A stretch of 64,000 nt of DNA, taken from Bacteroidota bacterium (lineage in GTDB: Bacteria > Bacteroidota > Bacteroidia > Cytophagales > UBA9547). The stretch is from the NCBI GenBank assembly GCA_033763735.1, contig JANRJY010000006.1, forward strand, positions 11,477 to 75,476, in the 5' to 3' direction. A model generated the notes under the pieces. It searched no databases and had not been told where the DNA came from. It worked only from the letters and a program-made list of their open reading frames with translations. Both the position numbers and the translations under genes were made by a program. The first letter of the stretch is position 1, and each line of letters starts with the position of its first letter. Shown in pieces: positions 45,551 through 56,100 of the stretch.

Positions 45551-45753
45551 ACGTGTTGTGCGATTAGAATAGTACAATTTAGACCAGTATTTTTTAATTA
45601 TCTTTAGAAACCCCACCTAAATCCTCCCCCAAAGGGAGGACTTTCACATTTGTCGTGACAAAAGCCCCTTCCCTTTTTTTGGGGAAGGGGTTGGGGATGG
45701 GGCTTTTAAGAACAATTTCGTCATTTTTTAAAGAATTAAATCACACAACGGGT
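45551..45753. repeat. GC-rich hairpin element bounded by an imperfect inverted repeat
   Basis: Arms ACGTGTTGTGCGATTAGAAT (45551-45570) and the reverse complement of 45734-45753 (ACCCGTTGTGTGATTTAATT) match at 14/20, with a core of 11/12. Internal hairpins: TCCTCCC-CCAAA-GGGAGGA (45622-45640) and AAAGCCCC...GGGGCTTT (45661-45668 / 45699-45706). Confidence 0.45.
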
Positions 45754-45830
45754 ATATCAATCTACTAACTTAATAAAGTTTTGAAGTAAATATCGGTATA
45801 ATATGATGCTTATATATATTTTTGTCAAAT

Positions 45831-46247
45831 ATGAAAAAGTTAATCATTATAAACGGTCCAAATCTTAATCTGTTAGGAAAAAGAGAAGTAGATATATACG
45901 GCAATATGTCGTTCGATAAATATTTCATTGAATTGCAATCTAAATATAAAACTTTTGAACTTTTTTATTTTCAATCCAATCATGAAGGAGCCATCATTGA
46001 CAAAATCCAAGAGGTTGGCTATACTTTTGATGGAATAATAATAAATGCTGGCGCATTAACTCATACATCTATTGCCATTGGAGATGCAATTGCTGCAGTA
46101 ACCACTCCTGCTATTGAAGTGCACATTTCCAATGTGCATGCACGCGAAGAATTCAGACACCATACTTGCCTAGGTAGGTCTGTTAAAGGTGTAATTGCAG
46201 GATTTGGCTTAAAAAGCTACGATTTGGCTATTCAATATTTTTTATAA
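45831..46247 (+). CDS. aroQ: Type II 3-dehydroquinate dehydratase
   Basis: MKKLIIINGPNLNLLGKRE ... QSNHEG ... NAGALTHTSIA ... EVHISN are AroQ hallmarks. I prefer the ATG at 45831 over the TTG at 45822 in the ORF track. Confidence 0.9.
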   Translation: MKKLIIINGPNLNLLGKREVDIYGNMSFDKYFIELQSKYKTFELFYFQSNHEGAIIDKIQEVGYTFDGIIINAGALTHTSIAIGDAIAAVTTPAIEVHISNVHAREEFRHHTCLGRSVKGVIAGFGLKSYDLAIQYFL

Positions 46248-46278
46248 TTCAACATTTATAATTTAACATTTCAATACA

Positions 46279-47337
46279 GTGATTACATTTAACGTAGGTC
46301 CCTCAAAAATATATCCGGAAGTTGCACAATATTTGCAAGATGCATACAATAATAACGTGTTAAGCATCAGTCATAGAAGTCCGGAGTTTGTTGAAATTTC
46401 AAAAAAAGCAATTGAATTATTTCATCAAAAACTAAATGTACCGACCGATTATACAGTTATGTACACCGGCTCAGCTACTGAATCGTGGGAAATAATTGCA
46501 CAAGATATTGTAATTAAAAAAGCTGTACACTTTTATAATGGAGAATTTGGCAAAAAATGGTATGAATATGCCAAATTCATTAATCCTGAAACTGTAGGTT
46601 TTCATTTTGACGAGAATACGGAGTTGAATGTTGCCAGTCATGACCTTCCTAAAGATGTAGAATTATTGTGTTTCACACTAAATGAAACTTCTACAGGAAC
46701 CCAAGTAAAATCAAACGTAATTGAAGCAGCCAAGAAGCTGTATCCCAATGCTTTAATTGCTATTGATACCACTTCATGTATTGCCGGAATTGCAATTGAT
46801 TTCAACAAATATGATATTATTTATGGTTCCACTCAAAAGTGTTTTGGTCTTCCTGCCGGTTTAGGATTATTGATATGTGGACCAAAAGCTATTGAAGCAG
46901 CTTCAAAAAAAGGTATAAAAGGTAGATATAATAGTTTGCTAAGCATGCTTGATCAAATAAAAAATTATCAAACGAATTACACGCCAAATGTACTTGGTAT
47001 TTACTTGTTATGTAAAGTGTTAGAACAAATTCCACCTATTCAAACCATTGACTCATTAGTGAATTATCGGGCTCTGGATTGGTATTCATTTATCCCAAAA
47101 GTTAAGAATTTGAGTTTGCATATAACCAATCCTGCTGTTCAGTCTGATACGGTTATAACTGTAAAATCTACTGAAGAAAATATATTAAATATTAAAAAAG
47201 CGGCTAAAAGCACAGGAATTGAATTAGGCGCAGGGTATGGTCCATTGAAAAATGTGACCTTCCGTATTGCAAATTTCCCTTCAATTACTGAAACAGAAAT
47301 AAATACATTAAAAGGTTTTTTAAGTAGTTTAAATTAA
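46279..47337 (+). CDS. Class V aminotransferase, phosphoserine-aminotransferase-like
   Basis: N-terminal FNVGPS (compare SerC FNAGP) and PLP-lysine context GSTQKCFGLPAG (compare GAQKN.GPAG). 352 aa, GTG start as drawn. Confidence 0.6.
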   Translation: MITFNVGPSKIYPEVAQYLQDAYNNNVLSISHRSPEFVEISKKAIELFHQKLNVPTDYTVMYTGSATESWEIIAQDIVIKKAVHFYNGEFGKKWYEYAKFINPETVGFHFDENTELNVASHDLPKDVELLCFTLNETSTGTQVKSNVIEAAKKLYPNALIAIDTTSCIAGIAIDFNKYDIIYGSTQKCFGLPAGLGLLICGPKAIEAASKKGIKGRYNSLLSMLDQIKNYQTNYTPNVLGIYLLCKVLEQIPPIQTIDSLVNYRALDWYSFIPKVKNLSLHITNPAVQSDTVITVKSTEENILNIKKAAKSTGIELGAGYGPLKNVTFRIANFPSITETEINTLKGFLSSLN

Positions 47338-47341
47338 CAAA

Positions 47342-47605
47342 ATGTTTTATTACGATTTCTCAAAATATAGAAAAAGGACCTTCGAATATATTTCCGAGAA
47401 TGAGATTATTCAATGTATTGAAAGTGAAGATACAATTACATGGAACTCAATAGATAGACCTCATACGGATTTTGCATATGAATGCTTGAATTATGTCAAC
47501 AAAAGATTTATATTTGTTAGATTTAATTGTTTTGGAGAAAAAATAGTAATTGAAATGGCAAGACTTGCTACTAAAGGAGAAATTGAAAAATATTTTAAAT
47601 TTTGA
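47342..47605 (+). CDS. Hypothetical protein (87 aa)
   Basis: ORF only; tightly packed after the aminotransferase gene. Confidence 0.4.
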   Translation: MFYYDFSKYRKRTFEYISENEIIQCIESEDTITWNSIDRPHTDFAYECLNYVNKRFIFVRFNCFGEKIVIEMARLATKGEIEKYFKF

Positions 47606-47608
47606 AAT

Positions 47609-47803
47609 ATGACGTCACAAGAATTTGAAATAGAATCCAAAAGAATAAGAGATTCCTACAATAAAGACGGCATTTTTGATGAGGAATTTATAAAAAGAAG
47701 CATTGAAAGTATATTAGAGGAACCAAAAGATCAATCTAAGTTTATCACTAAAGAAAATTTGGTTTCTTATGATTTGCTAATGAAAAAATTATCGAGAAAA
47801 TAG
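47609..47803 (+). CDS. Hypothetical protein (64 aa)
   Basis: ORF only; starts 3 nt after the previous stop. Confidence 0.35.
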   Translation: MTSQEFEIESKRIRDSYNKDGIFDEEFIKRSIESILEEPKDQSKFITKENLVSYDLLMKKLSRK

Positions 47804-47840
47804 TCGATTCTTTTTAAAAAAAAGTAACTCATAATATATT

Positions 47841-48428
47841 TCACTTACACCCTACGCTTCCTGAAGCCCAAACGGTATCAGAGTAGTTAGCAACATTTTC
47901 GCACTTGATATTTTGGAATCCCACCGTTGGTCCTGATGCACCAATTTGAACTTTTACGTTTCCTTTTGCACCTCTCCATGTTTTGCGTGTTAATGTTCCA
48001 TCTGTAACTAATAGATATACTGTAGTATCAACTAAACTTGAATCTCTATAAGTTGTGATTCTAAAATTACGAGCTGTGGTAGGTTTTGTTTTAAAATAAA
48101 CACTAAAGGAAGCCAAAGTATCTGTATCAAAAATCCCGGAAATCACATAAAAACCTGAAGTAGTATCACATCTGCCAAATTCTGATATCAATTGATTTTT
48201 AAATACATTAGGAATGAATAAACGTCCATCTGAGGTATAAAATATATTATTACCAGGGATATTGGAATAAGGATATGTTCCGCTGCCATTTCCATTACCT
48301 TTAGAATTAGAACCTGTACCCGAATTTGCCGGTGCAACTCGTTCTTTGCCTGAATCAGAACAATTGTATATACCTATTGCTAAAAATGTAAAAATTGAGA
48401 TAATTAAAATTCGTAATAACAAATTCAT
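47841..48428 (-). CDS. Hypothetical lipoprotein
   Basis: Signal peptide with Cys (FLAIGIYNC) followed by a G/S/N-rich linker. Confidence 0.5.
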   Translation of the reverse strand: MNLLLRILIISIFTFLAIGIYNCSDSGKERVAPANSGTGSNSKGNGNGSGTYPYSNIPGNNIFYTSDGRLFIPNVFKNQLISEFGRCDTTSGFYVISGIFDTDTLASFSVYFKTKPTTARNFRITTYRDSSLVDTTVYLLVTDGTLTRKTWRGAKGNVKVQIGASGPTVGFQNIKCENVANYSDTVWASGSVGCK

Positions 48429-48502
48429 GATTTTAATAATTTGGACATAAAACTAATGAATTAATTTAAAATTTATTAGATTCAATTCTTGAAATATGAA
48501 CT

Positions 48503-49195
48503 ATGCGCATTCATTATATTCAACACGAACCTTTTGAAGCACCCGGCTATATCCTTAATTGGATTGAAGAGCATAAATTTACTGTAACTTCTACGCACAT
48601 ATACGAAAAAATATGGTTTCCCGATCAAAATTCGTTTGACTTTTTAATTATTATGGGAGGATCCATGAGTGTGAATGATGATGACTTGTTACCTTGGTTG
48701 GCCGAAGAAAAATTATTTGTAAAAGAAAGTATATTAAATAAAAAGAAAGTTATAGGCATTTGCTTGGGTTCACAGTTGATTGCAAATGTGCTCGGAAACA
48801 AAGTATATCCAAATAAATATAAAGAAATAGGATGGTTTCCAGTAAAAAAATCATCATTAGGTAAGTACTCGCCCTTAATAAATCATTTTCCGGATGAATT
48901 TGTGACCATGCATTGGCATGGCGAAACATTTGATTTGCTCCCAAATTGTGCTCAAATATTTGAAAGTGAAGGATGTAAAAACCAAGGATTTATTTACAAA
49001 AACAATGTGATTGGATTGCAATTCCATCCAGAAATGACTTTAGATACTATAAGAGGAATGATCGATGCGTCAGATACTTTTGAAAGCGGTAGATTTATTC
49101 AAAATTTTGAAGATATTAAAAATGGAGCTAAAAATTGTATACCAAACAATGGTTGGCTATGTAACTTGTTGGATAAACTCGCTAAAACATCATGA
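48503..49195 (+). CDS. Class I glutamine amidotransferase-like protein
   Basis: Nucleophile elbow GICLGSQLIA and QFHPE catalytic His/Glu context. Confidence 0.75.
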   Translation: MRIHYIQHEPFEAPGYILNWIEEHKFTVTSTHIYEKIWFPDQNSFDFLIIMGGSMSVNDDDLLPWLAEEKLFVKESILNKKKVIGICLGSQLIANVLGNKVYPNKYKEIGWFPVKKSSLGKYSPLINHFPDEFVTMHWHGETFDLLPNCAQIFESEGCKNQGFIYKNNVIGLQFHPEMTLDTIRGMIDASDTFESGRFIQNFEDIKNGAKNCIPNNGWLCNLLDKLAKTS

Positions 49196-49716
49196 AATTC
49201 AGATTTATTTCAATATTCATTTTTATATTTTATATTGACATAAACGCAACATCATTTTTAACAAAAAAACAACCCTCACACTTCAACTTTGGATCGGGTA
49301 TCTGCGACTGGGGCGTTCCACTATATTTGGGTATAGACACCTGGATACTGAGAGACGCAACCTTAGGTGCCGAATTTACAGCCAGAGGTTTGATTACCAA
49401 CAGTTTTTATCCTTCCGTGTTAACATTAGGCATTAATGGAAATTATCATTTTCAAAGAATATTACAGCTTCCTGAATCTTGGCAACTTTATGGTGGTGGT
49501 TCGTTCGGTTTAGGATATGTGCCTACTTCACTGGCTGAAAACATTAATAATTTTAACGCTTACCGAAAAGATCCCATCACCGGATATTTTGTACTTCAGG
49601 TTGGAGGGAAATACTGGTTTAACAGGCAAAATGCCATAAATGTTGAAATTATGGCAGGAAGTTATTATGGAATAAAATTAGGAATCACTATTAACCCTTA
49701 TGAAAAATGGAAATAA
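49192..49716 (+). CDS. Hypothetical, outer-membrane beta-barrel-like protein
   Basis: Signal peptide, alternating aromatic/Gly-rich strands, ATGA overlap with the upstream gene. Weak functional call. Confidence 0.4.
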   Translation: MKFRFISIFIFIFYIDINATSFLTKKQPSHFNFGSGICDWGVPLYLGIDTWILRDATLGAEFTARGLITNSFYPSVLTLGINGNYHFQRILQLPESWQLYGGGSFGLGYVPTSLAENINNFNAYRKDPITGYFVLQVGGKYWFNRQNAINVEIMAGSYYGIKLGITINPYEKWK

Positions 49717-49787
49717 TGTATTTTTTAACTCAAAGGCATGATTTTTGAGTTTGCTTCGTTATCAGATTAAGGATTAATAAATCTTTT

Positions 49788-51209
49788 ATGAACAACATTA
49801 AATTAATATTCTTATCAATCATATTTGGCTTTGGGGGTGCTTTTTTATTTCAAAAATTCTTTAACGACAAAGCAGCTTCCGTCACATATATAACAGAAAG
49901 CGTTCAAAAACCTTCTTTTGCTTCCAGCCATTCTTTTTTGGATAGTGAGGTGAATTTTGTGTCAGCTTCTGCAGCAAGCACACAATGTGTAGTGTATATC
50001 AAAACATCTTCTTCCCAATTTGTAGCATATGATTGGTTTGACTTGTTTTTTTCAGGAGGATCTGCTCAACAAGTGGTGGTAAGCTCAGGATCAGGCGTTA
50101 TATATTCTTCAGATGGATATATTATTACGAATAATCATGTAATAGAAAATGCAGAACAAGTGGAAGTCATTCATAACAAACGTAGTTACAAAGCAAAAGT
50201 AATAGGAAGAGATCCTTCGTCAGATTTGGCTGTTTTGAAAATAGAAGCAAATAAATTACCTGCTATAAAACTTAGTTCTTCCAAAGATGCATTGATTGGT
50301 GATTGGGTATTAGCCGTTGGAAACCCTTTTAACTTGGAGTCCACAGTTACTGCAGGTATTATAAGTGCCAAGGGCCGAAATATTAATATAGTAAAAGATC
50401 GTTTTCCTATCGAGTCATTTATTCAAACCGATGCAGCTATTAACCCAGGTAATAGCGGGGGCGCACTTGTAAACTTGAAAGGTGAATTGATTGGAATTAA
50501 TACTGCAATTCTATCAAATACTGGTCAATATGCGGGATATGGTTTTGCTGTTCCAGTGGATATAGCCAAAAAAATTGCTGATGATTTAATCAAATATGGA
50601 GAAGTGCAAAAAGCCTTTTTGGGTGCCGATGTGGTTGAAGTTACAGATGAGACTGCCAAAAAAGCCGGTATTTCAGAACTTAATGGGGTAGCTATCAGTA
50701 AAATAATGCAAGATGGAGCAGCCGATAAAGTTGGGATGCAACAAGGAGATATAATAATTGAAATTAATGGCACATTTATAAAATCTAAATCGAATTTTGA
50801 TGAAGAAATCAGCTATTGCAGACCCGGAGATAAAATTAAAATCAAATTTGTGAGAGAAGGCAAAACTATTGAAAGTGCTATTACCCTTACCAATATAGAA
50901 GGTACAACTGAACTATTGAAACGAGAAATATTTTATTCTTCAACTTTTGGAGTTGAACTTGAAACGGTTTCAAAGTTAGAAAAGTCACGTTTAGGAATCG
51001 ATTATGGTGTTAGGGTGGTAAACATGGACAAAGGAGGTGTATTTAACCGAATGGATATAGAACAAGGATTTATAATAACCGGTATTAATAACAAAAAAAT
51101 AAAATCGCCAACCGAAATACCTTCAATATTAGGCAATATCAGAGGTAGAGTAGTTATTGAAGGAATTTCTAAAAATGGCCAAAGAGGATATTATTCTTTT
51201 TATTTTTAG
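49788..51209 (+). CDS. HtrA/DegP/DegQ-family periplasmic serine endoprotease with two PDZ domains
   Basis: Catalytic triad contexts ITNNHV, SDLAVLKI and GNSGGALVN, followed by two PDZ-like segments. Confidence 0.9.
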   Translation: MNNIKLIFLSIIFGFGGAFLFQKFFNDKAASVTYITESVQKPSFASSHSFLDSEVNFVSASAASTQCVVYIKTSSSQFVAYDWFDLFFSGGSAQQVVVSSGSGVIYSSDGYIITNNHVIENAEQVEVIHNKRSYKAKVIGRDPSSDLAVLKIEANKLPAIKLSSSKDALIGDWVLAVGNPFNLESTVTAGIISAKGRNINIVKDRFPIESFIQTDAAINPGNSGGALVNLKGELIGINTAILSNTGQYAGYGFAVPVDIAKKIADDLIKYGEVQKAFLGADVVEVTDETAKKAGISELNGVAISKIMQDGAADKVGMQQGDIIIEINGTFIKSKSNFDEEISYCRPGDKIKIKFVREGKTIESAITLTNIEGTTELLKREIFYSSTFGVELETVSKLEKSRLGIDYGVRVVNMDKGGVFNRMDIEQGFIITGINNKKIKSPTEIPSILGNIRGRVVIEGISKNGQRGYYSFYF

Positions 51210-51213
51210 TATA

Positions 51214-52047
51214 TTAATAATTAGTCAATTGTTGATCCAGATACGATTCAAGGATTACTGATTCGGTATTGCCGTAAGCGTAATTGAAATAATCTTTAAG
51301 TTCCTTTTTAGCTTCATCTTTAGGTAGATTTTGAGACTTATATACACTTAATAATATCTCAAATTCTTTTTTCAAATCTTCTTCACTAACAAAAGAAAGA
51401 GAGAAAGAAGTAATATATTCTTCATATTTTACTTTTGGTTCAGTTATATACAAGTCAAATTTCTTAACTTCTTCCTGCGCAATTTTTTTACCTTTAACCA
51501 AAAATATTTCATTCATATCGAAAATTATATCTTCACCTACCATAGGCAAAGGTTTGTCAATATTTTGTCCTTGATATTTATATCGTATCATTAACATTCG
51601 CTGATCGTTGATTTGGTATTTTTCTTTATTGATTCTATAATTCAGTACCGGACCAATAACAAAAAACTTGCCCACTCCAAAATAGGTTTCAATATCTGTT
51701 TTGTCTTTAGAAGCTTCGTCACCTACACCTCTTGTACTCATGAATCGATAATCGTCTTTGTCATGAGATAACAATACATTTTTTACAAACTCAGTAATTT
51801 CGCTACCATTCGTTTTAGATTTATCAGACGGACTCAATACAAATCGGCCTCTGGCACTACTTATAAGTATAGCTTTAGCTTCAGAGTTTGCAAATTTCAA
51901 TTTGGTGTCTGGCAACAATTTATCACCAGGCTTCAATAATTGATTGTTGGATACATATACAATTTTACCTTTGGTTTGAACTACAAAGTAAGTTTCCTGA
52001 GCTAAGGCGCTAAATATCAGACTGATAAAAAAAAGAAAGTTTTTCAT
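51214..52047 (-). CDS. Hypothetical secreted protein
   Basis: I prefer the start at the ATG 52047 (MKNFLFFISLIFSALAQ signal peptide) over 52083. No motif recognised. Lies downstream of porP/sprF. Confidence 0.5.
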   Translation of the reverse strand: MKNFLFFISLIFSALAQETYFVVQTKGKIVYVSNNQLLKPGDKLLPDTKLKFANSEAKAILISSARGRFVLSPSDKSKTNGSEITEFVKNVLLSHDKDDYRFMSTRGVGDEASKDKTDIETYFGVGKFFVIGPVLNYRINKEKYQINDQRMLMIRYKYQGQNIDKPLPMVGEDIIFDMNEIFLVKGKKIAQEEVKKFDLYITEPKVKYEEYITSFSLSFVSEEDLKKEFEILLSVYKSQNLPKDEAKKELKDYFNYAYGNTESVILESYLDQQLTNY

Positions 52048-52176
52048 GATTTTGGGTTTAGTCGTATATGAATACGAAAACAAATTTAAAGGTAAATGAC
52101 GAGTTTAAAAAATTTATAAAAAACTATAATCTTCGATTTAGTGGAATATTCGCTTGTATCCTAATGCTAGATTATG

Positions 52177-53160
52177 TTATTTAAACTTAGGCATCATCCT
52201 TTTAACTTTTGGCACAAAATCCCAAGATACAAATATTTCATGTGTACCATTATTGAAGGTAGGCACTCTTGAATTAGTCCAATCAAATCCATAACCAATT
52301 TTAATAGGTTGTTTGAATGCATCTGATTTGATTTTTCCTACATTTAACCCTACAAAAAAGTTGAGTGCATCACCTGTACGATAGCTGCTACCTAACCACA
52401 CCATTTCCATATATTCTACTTTTAATACAAAGTCTGCATTAAAATTTCTGGTAAATACTTGTGATTCAGAAAAGCGTGAAATTATCATAGGGGTTAACAC
52501 AAACTTTTCATTCATTTCAATATTATACCCTGCTGTGATATAATAATGCCTTGCAACAGCGGCACGACCATAGTCAGTAAACTTGCGACTTGGAGATGTT
52601 AAATGCTGTGATGATATTCCGGCAAACATACGTTGTGATTTGTAATACACTCCAAATCCAAAATCGGGTTGGTAATTTGGACGATAACCCGTAAAACTTT
52701 GATCGGACTTGAGTTGTTGATCATTAAGCGCATCGTAATTCATACGCGTTTGCAGTAAACCTGCACTTAGTCCAAAACACAATCGCCCCTGCCCTATATT
52801 GACATAATATGAATACACGGCATTGAAATTCGACATTCCGGTAATACCAATCTCATCGTTCAATAAATTCAAACCCACAGCCATGTGCTTACGTTTCATT
52901 GGCAAAGTTCCTGAAAACTGTGGATTAGAAGGAGACCCATCAATACCTACCCATTGTCTGCGATAAAACATAGTTACGTTCAAAAAATCAACCGAACCTG
53001 CGAATGCCGGGTTGAAATATTGTTGATTAAACATAAACATAGTGAATTGCGGATCTTGTTGTGCTTGAGTATTAAAACCACAAAACATTACCAATGCAAC
53101 GATTAATGCTGATATTTTAGCTTTCAAAAAATAAATAAATGTATGTACCGTTCCTTTCAT
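52177..53160 (-). CDS. PorP/SprF-family type IX secretion membrane protein
   Basis: The mature N-terminus QQDPQFTMFMFNQQYFNPAFAG is the family signature, with a beta-barrel-like remainder. I prefer the start at 53160 (MKGTV...), 7 nt after the upstream stop, over 53208. Confidence 0.85.
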   Translation of the reverse strand: MKGTVHTFIYFLKAKISALIVALVMFCGFNTQAQQDPQFTMFMFNQQYFNPAFAGSVDFLNVTMFYRRQWVGIDGSPSNPQFSGTLPMKRKHMAVGLNLLNDEIGITGMSNFNAVYSYYVNIGQGRLCFGLSAGLLQTRMNYDALNDQQLKSDQSFTGYRPNYQPDFGFGVYYKSQRMFAGISSQHLTSPSRKFTDYGRAAVARHYYITAGYNIEMNEKFVLTPMIISRFSESQVFTRNFNADFVLKVEYMEMVWLGSSYRTGDALNFFVGLNVGKIKSDAFKQPIKIGYGFDWTNSRVPTFNNGTHEIFVSWDFVPKVKRMMPKFK

Positions 53161-53167
53161 GACTTTT

Positions 53168-56100
53168 CTATCGTTGTAACAATACATTACCTTTTTTCTC
53201 AACGCCATTTCCTAATCTGAGTACCCAGAAATAAGTACCATCTGCTTGTCCATTTCCATCCCATCCATTTGCATTGCTATACGGTTTGGCATAGTAAACA
53301 GTTGCACCCCAACGATTTACAATAAACAATTCATTATCAGGATAAGCTTCAATATTAAGAATGGTAAATTTATCTACCACCCCATCATTATTTGGAGTAA
53401 AGGCATTTAATGCAGTTACTTCTCTCATAAATAACAATTCGTTTGAAATATTTGACCATGATTCAATGGTGTCAGTTGGGCTAAATGGTGCATTTGGAAT
53501 TGCTAATATTCTGTATTTATGTTTGAACCCTTCAATCACATTAGATAATTCTGCTGAAGTATTATTAGTGAAATTCACAATCACTCTTGGGTCGTTAATC
53601 AATTGTTTCCATTCACTTCCATCTATTGATCTCCATATTTGATATTCTTTTACTCCAAATGGCCAGTTGGTATATTCATTCCACACCAAATTGACTTTAT
53701 TTGTTTGTTCAGAGCCTGTAGCTTTTAACACAATGGTATTATGTACACTATCCGTTACACATTGAGGATTTGCTTTGCTTGCCACTCGATACAACCAAGA
53801 GTTTTCACTGGTATTAACTCCTTTATGAATGAAGGTAGTATCCAATTTGTTAACAGTTCCGGCATTTTCCCACAAACTTCCTGCTGTAGCATTGTTTAAT
53901 CGCTGAATTTGTAAGGTATCACCAGGGAATTTGGTTTTGTTACGTATGGTCCATTTGACTTCTATATTATTTGTCTCGCTAAACTGAGTTGAAACAAGTT
54001 TCATTCTTAGTTTGGCTACATCCACCAGTATATTATCTTCTGCAAAGCATCCTCCCAATCCTAAAACTCTCACAGTATACTTAGTAGCTTTAGTAGGCAA
54101 AAAGTTTACTCTTGAAGTTTGAACCACAGGCAATAAAGTATCATTTCTGTACCATTGGAAACCCGTACCAATTCCAGGAGTTGAAAGCAAAATAGAAGCA
54201 CCAAAACAAATCGTTGTATCATTACCCAAATCTGCAATTGGAGGAATGGTACCATCTACGGTTATTGTTCGTGGATATTGAATTGAACAAGAACCATAAT
54301 TGATATATGCCACATATTTACCTCCTGTAAATCCTGCAAATGAAACAGAAGGATTCGTTATACCGGTTTGAATTTGTGGAGTGGTAATGATTCCATTATT
54401 ATCAATTCCGGTAATTGTAATTGCATATGGAGGCTTAACATTGAGCGTATCCATTTGAAATAAAATACTACCATCATTGCCAATACATGATGCACTCAGT
54501 GAAGCAGGTGAAGGCTGAAATAGTATAGTGCCACTTCTTGGAATGTCAACTGTTTGTGAACAACTTGTTGTAGAATCAATTACATAAATACGATATGTAG
54601 AATCTTTAATTGATGTTACTTTATTCTTTTTGATTTGAGCTAAAATATTACTTGTTGTTGTAAGAGGGAAAGAATATGGTCCTCCTGCCACAAAAGAATA
54701 TCGGAGCAATTGATTACTATTATAATAAGCAGGATTTATATATAAAATTGCTGCTCCATCCATTCCTCCTATGCATGTAACTTTTGAAGTTGTGAGTGTA
54801 TCAATTATTTTACTTGTTAATCCAAAATTTTGAATTGAAGACGTTAAGGTAGTTGTAGGGTTAATTAAGCAAGCAGGTACAACCCCACCAATACTTGCCA
54901 ATACTTGAATTGTATTGCCTGAAGGCAAGTTCCAAGCACTGTCCACTACAAATACTGGCCCGTTTATTGAACTTACAATTTGATTATTCAAGTACCACAT
55001 ATATGTTGGTGCAGAACCCAAATTTTGTCCATTTGCAGTGAAAGTGAAGTCCTTAGCTTTACAGGAAGCTTGAAATCCAGAACTTAAAATACTGACTGAA
55101 GCAGTTACACTGGTTGTAGTAACCACGCCAATTACACCATTCAATGTTGTAGTACATCCGGCATTGCTAACATCAAGAATGGTATATGTGCCTGCTGAAC
55201 CTACATTCCAATTAAAAATATTTGAATTATAGTTGAGCTTAGTCAAATCATTTCCTAAAGCATCACGATAATTAAAATTGAAAGGAGGTGTTCCGGTAAA
55301 TGTCACCGTTAAACTCGCAGACCCTCCCGTACAAAGGAAAGCTACAGAAGTTATACTTGCTGAAACAGAATTATTTAATGTGGTTGTCGCGGTTGTTGAA
55401 TTGGAACTCATACCACAAGTGTTAATTGCCCTTACTCTAATAAAATAATCCCCATTTGGAAGTCCATTAAATACAGCGGAATTAGAAACAGATGATACAG
55501 CCCATTGACCTAAAACAGTAGTAGCAAATAATGCATCGTTTGACAAATCATATTCATAAGTACTTCCTGCTATGGCATCCCACGTTGCTGTAAAGCCATT
55601 ACAATTGATTGATGTAATTGTAACGTTTGCGGGAGCAGCCGGAACTGACAAAATGGTAGTGGTAATTATATTAGAAAATCCACTTGCACCACAAGCATTT
55701 ATCGATGATAATCGATAAAATAAAACAGTACTTGATGACAATCCATTAATATTGAATGTATTACCAACCAAAGTTGTTGAATTAAAAGTCGCAAAACCTG
55801 CAATAGATGTGTAATCTAAAATATATGAAATACCAACCCCCGAAACGGTTTGCCAGTTAGCATCCAAACCATTACATGAAACATTTGTAGCTGCTAAAGC
55901 TAGAGGCGTTGCAGACACCGCACATCCGGAACAAGAAATAGCAGGAAGTATAGAAATATTTGCAGCACCTGAAACTGTTCCTGAACAATTAGCATCTGAT
56001 ACACTAATCAAACTATATCCTACAGTTGTTAATGGATTAACACCCACAGTGGTAGAACTATTTAAACCTGATATTGTAAAATTCGAAGTGCCATCTGTAT

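Noticed and set aside
45822-45830. TTG start for aroQ given by the ORF track
   Set aside because: An ATG at 45831 gives the canonical MKKLIIINGPNLN N-terminus, so the three extra codons are probably not translated.
53161-53208. Longer PorP/SprF ORF overlapping the end of the SprB-like gene by 41 nt
   Set aside because: The internal ATG at 53160 yields a normal signal peptide and sits 7 nt after the upstream stop. The extension (MALRKKVMYCYNDRKV) is probably not translated.
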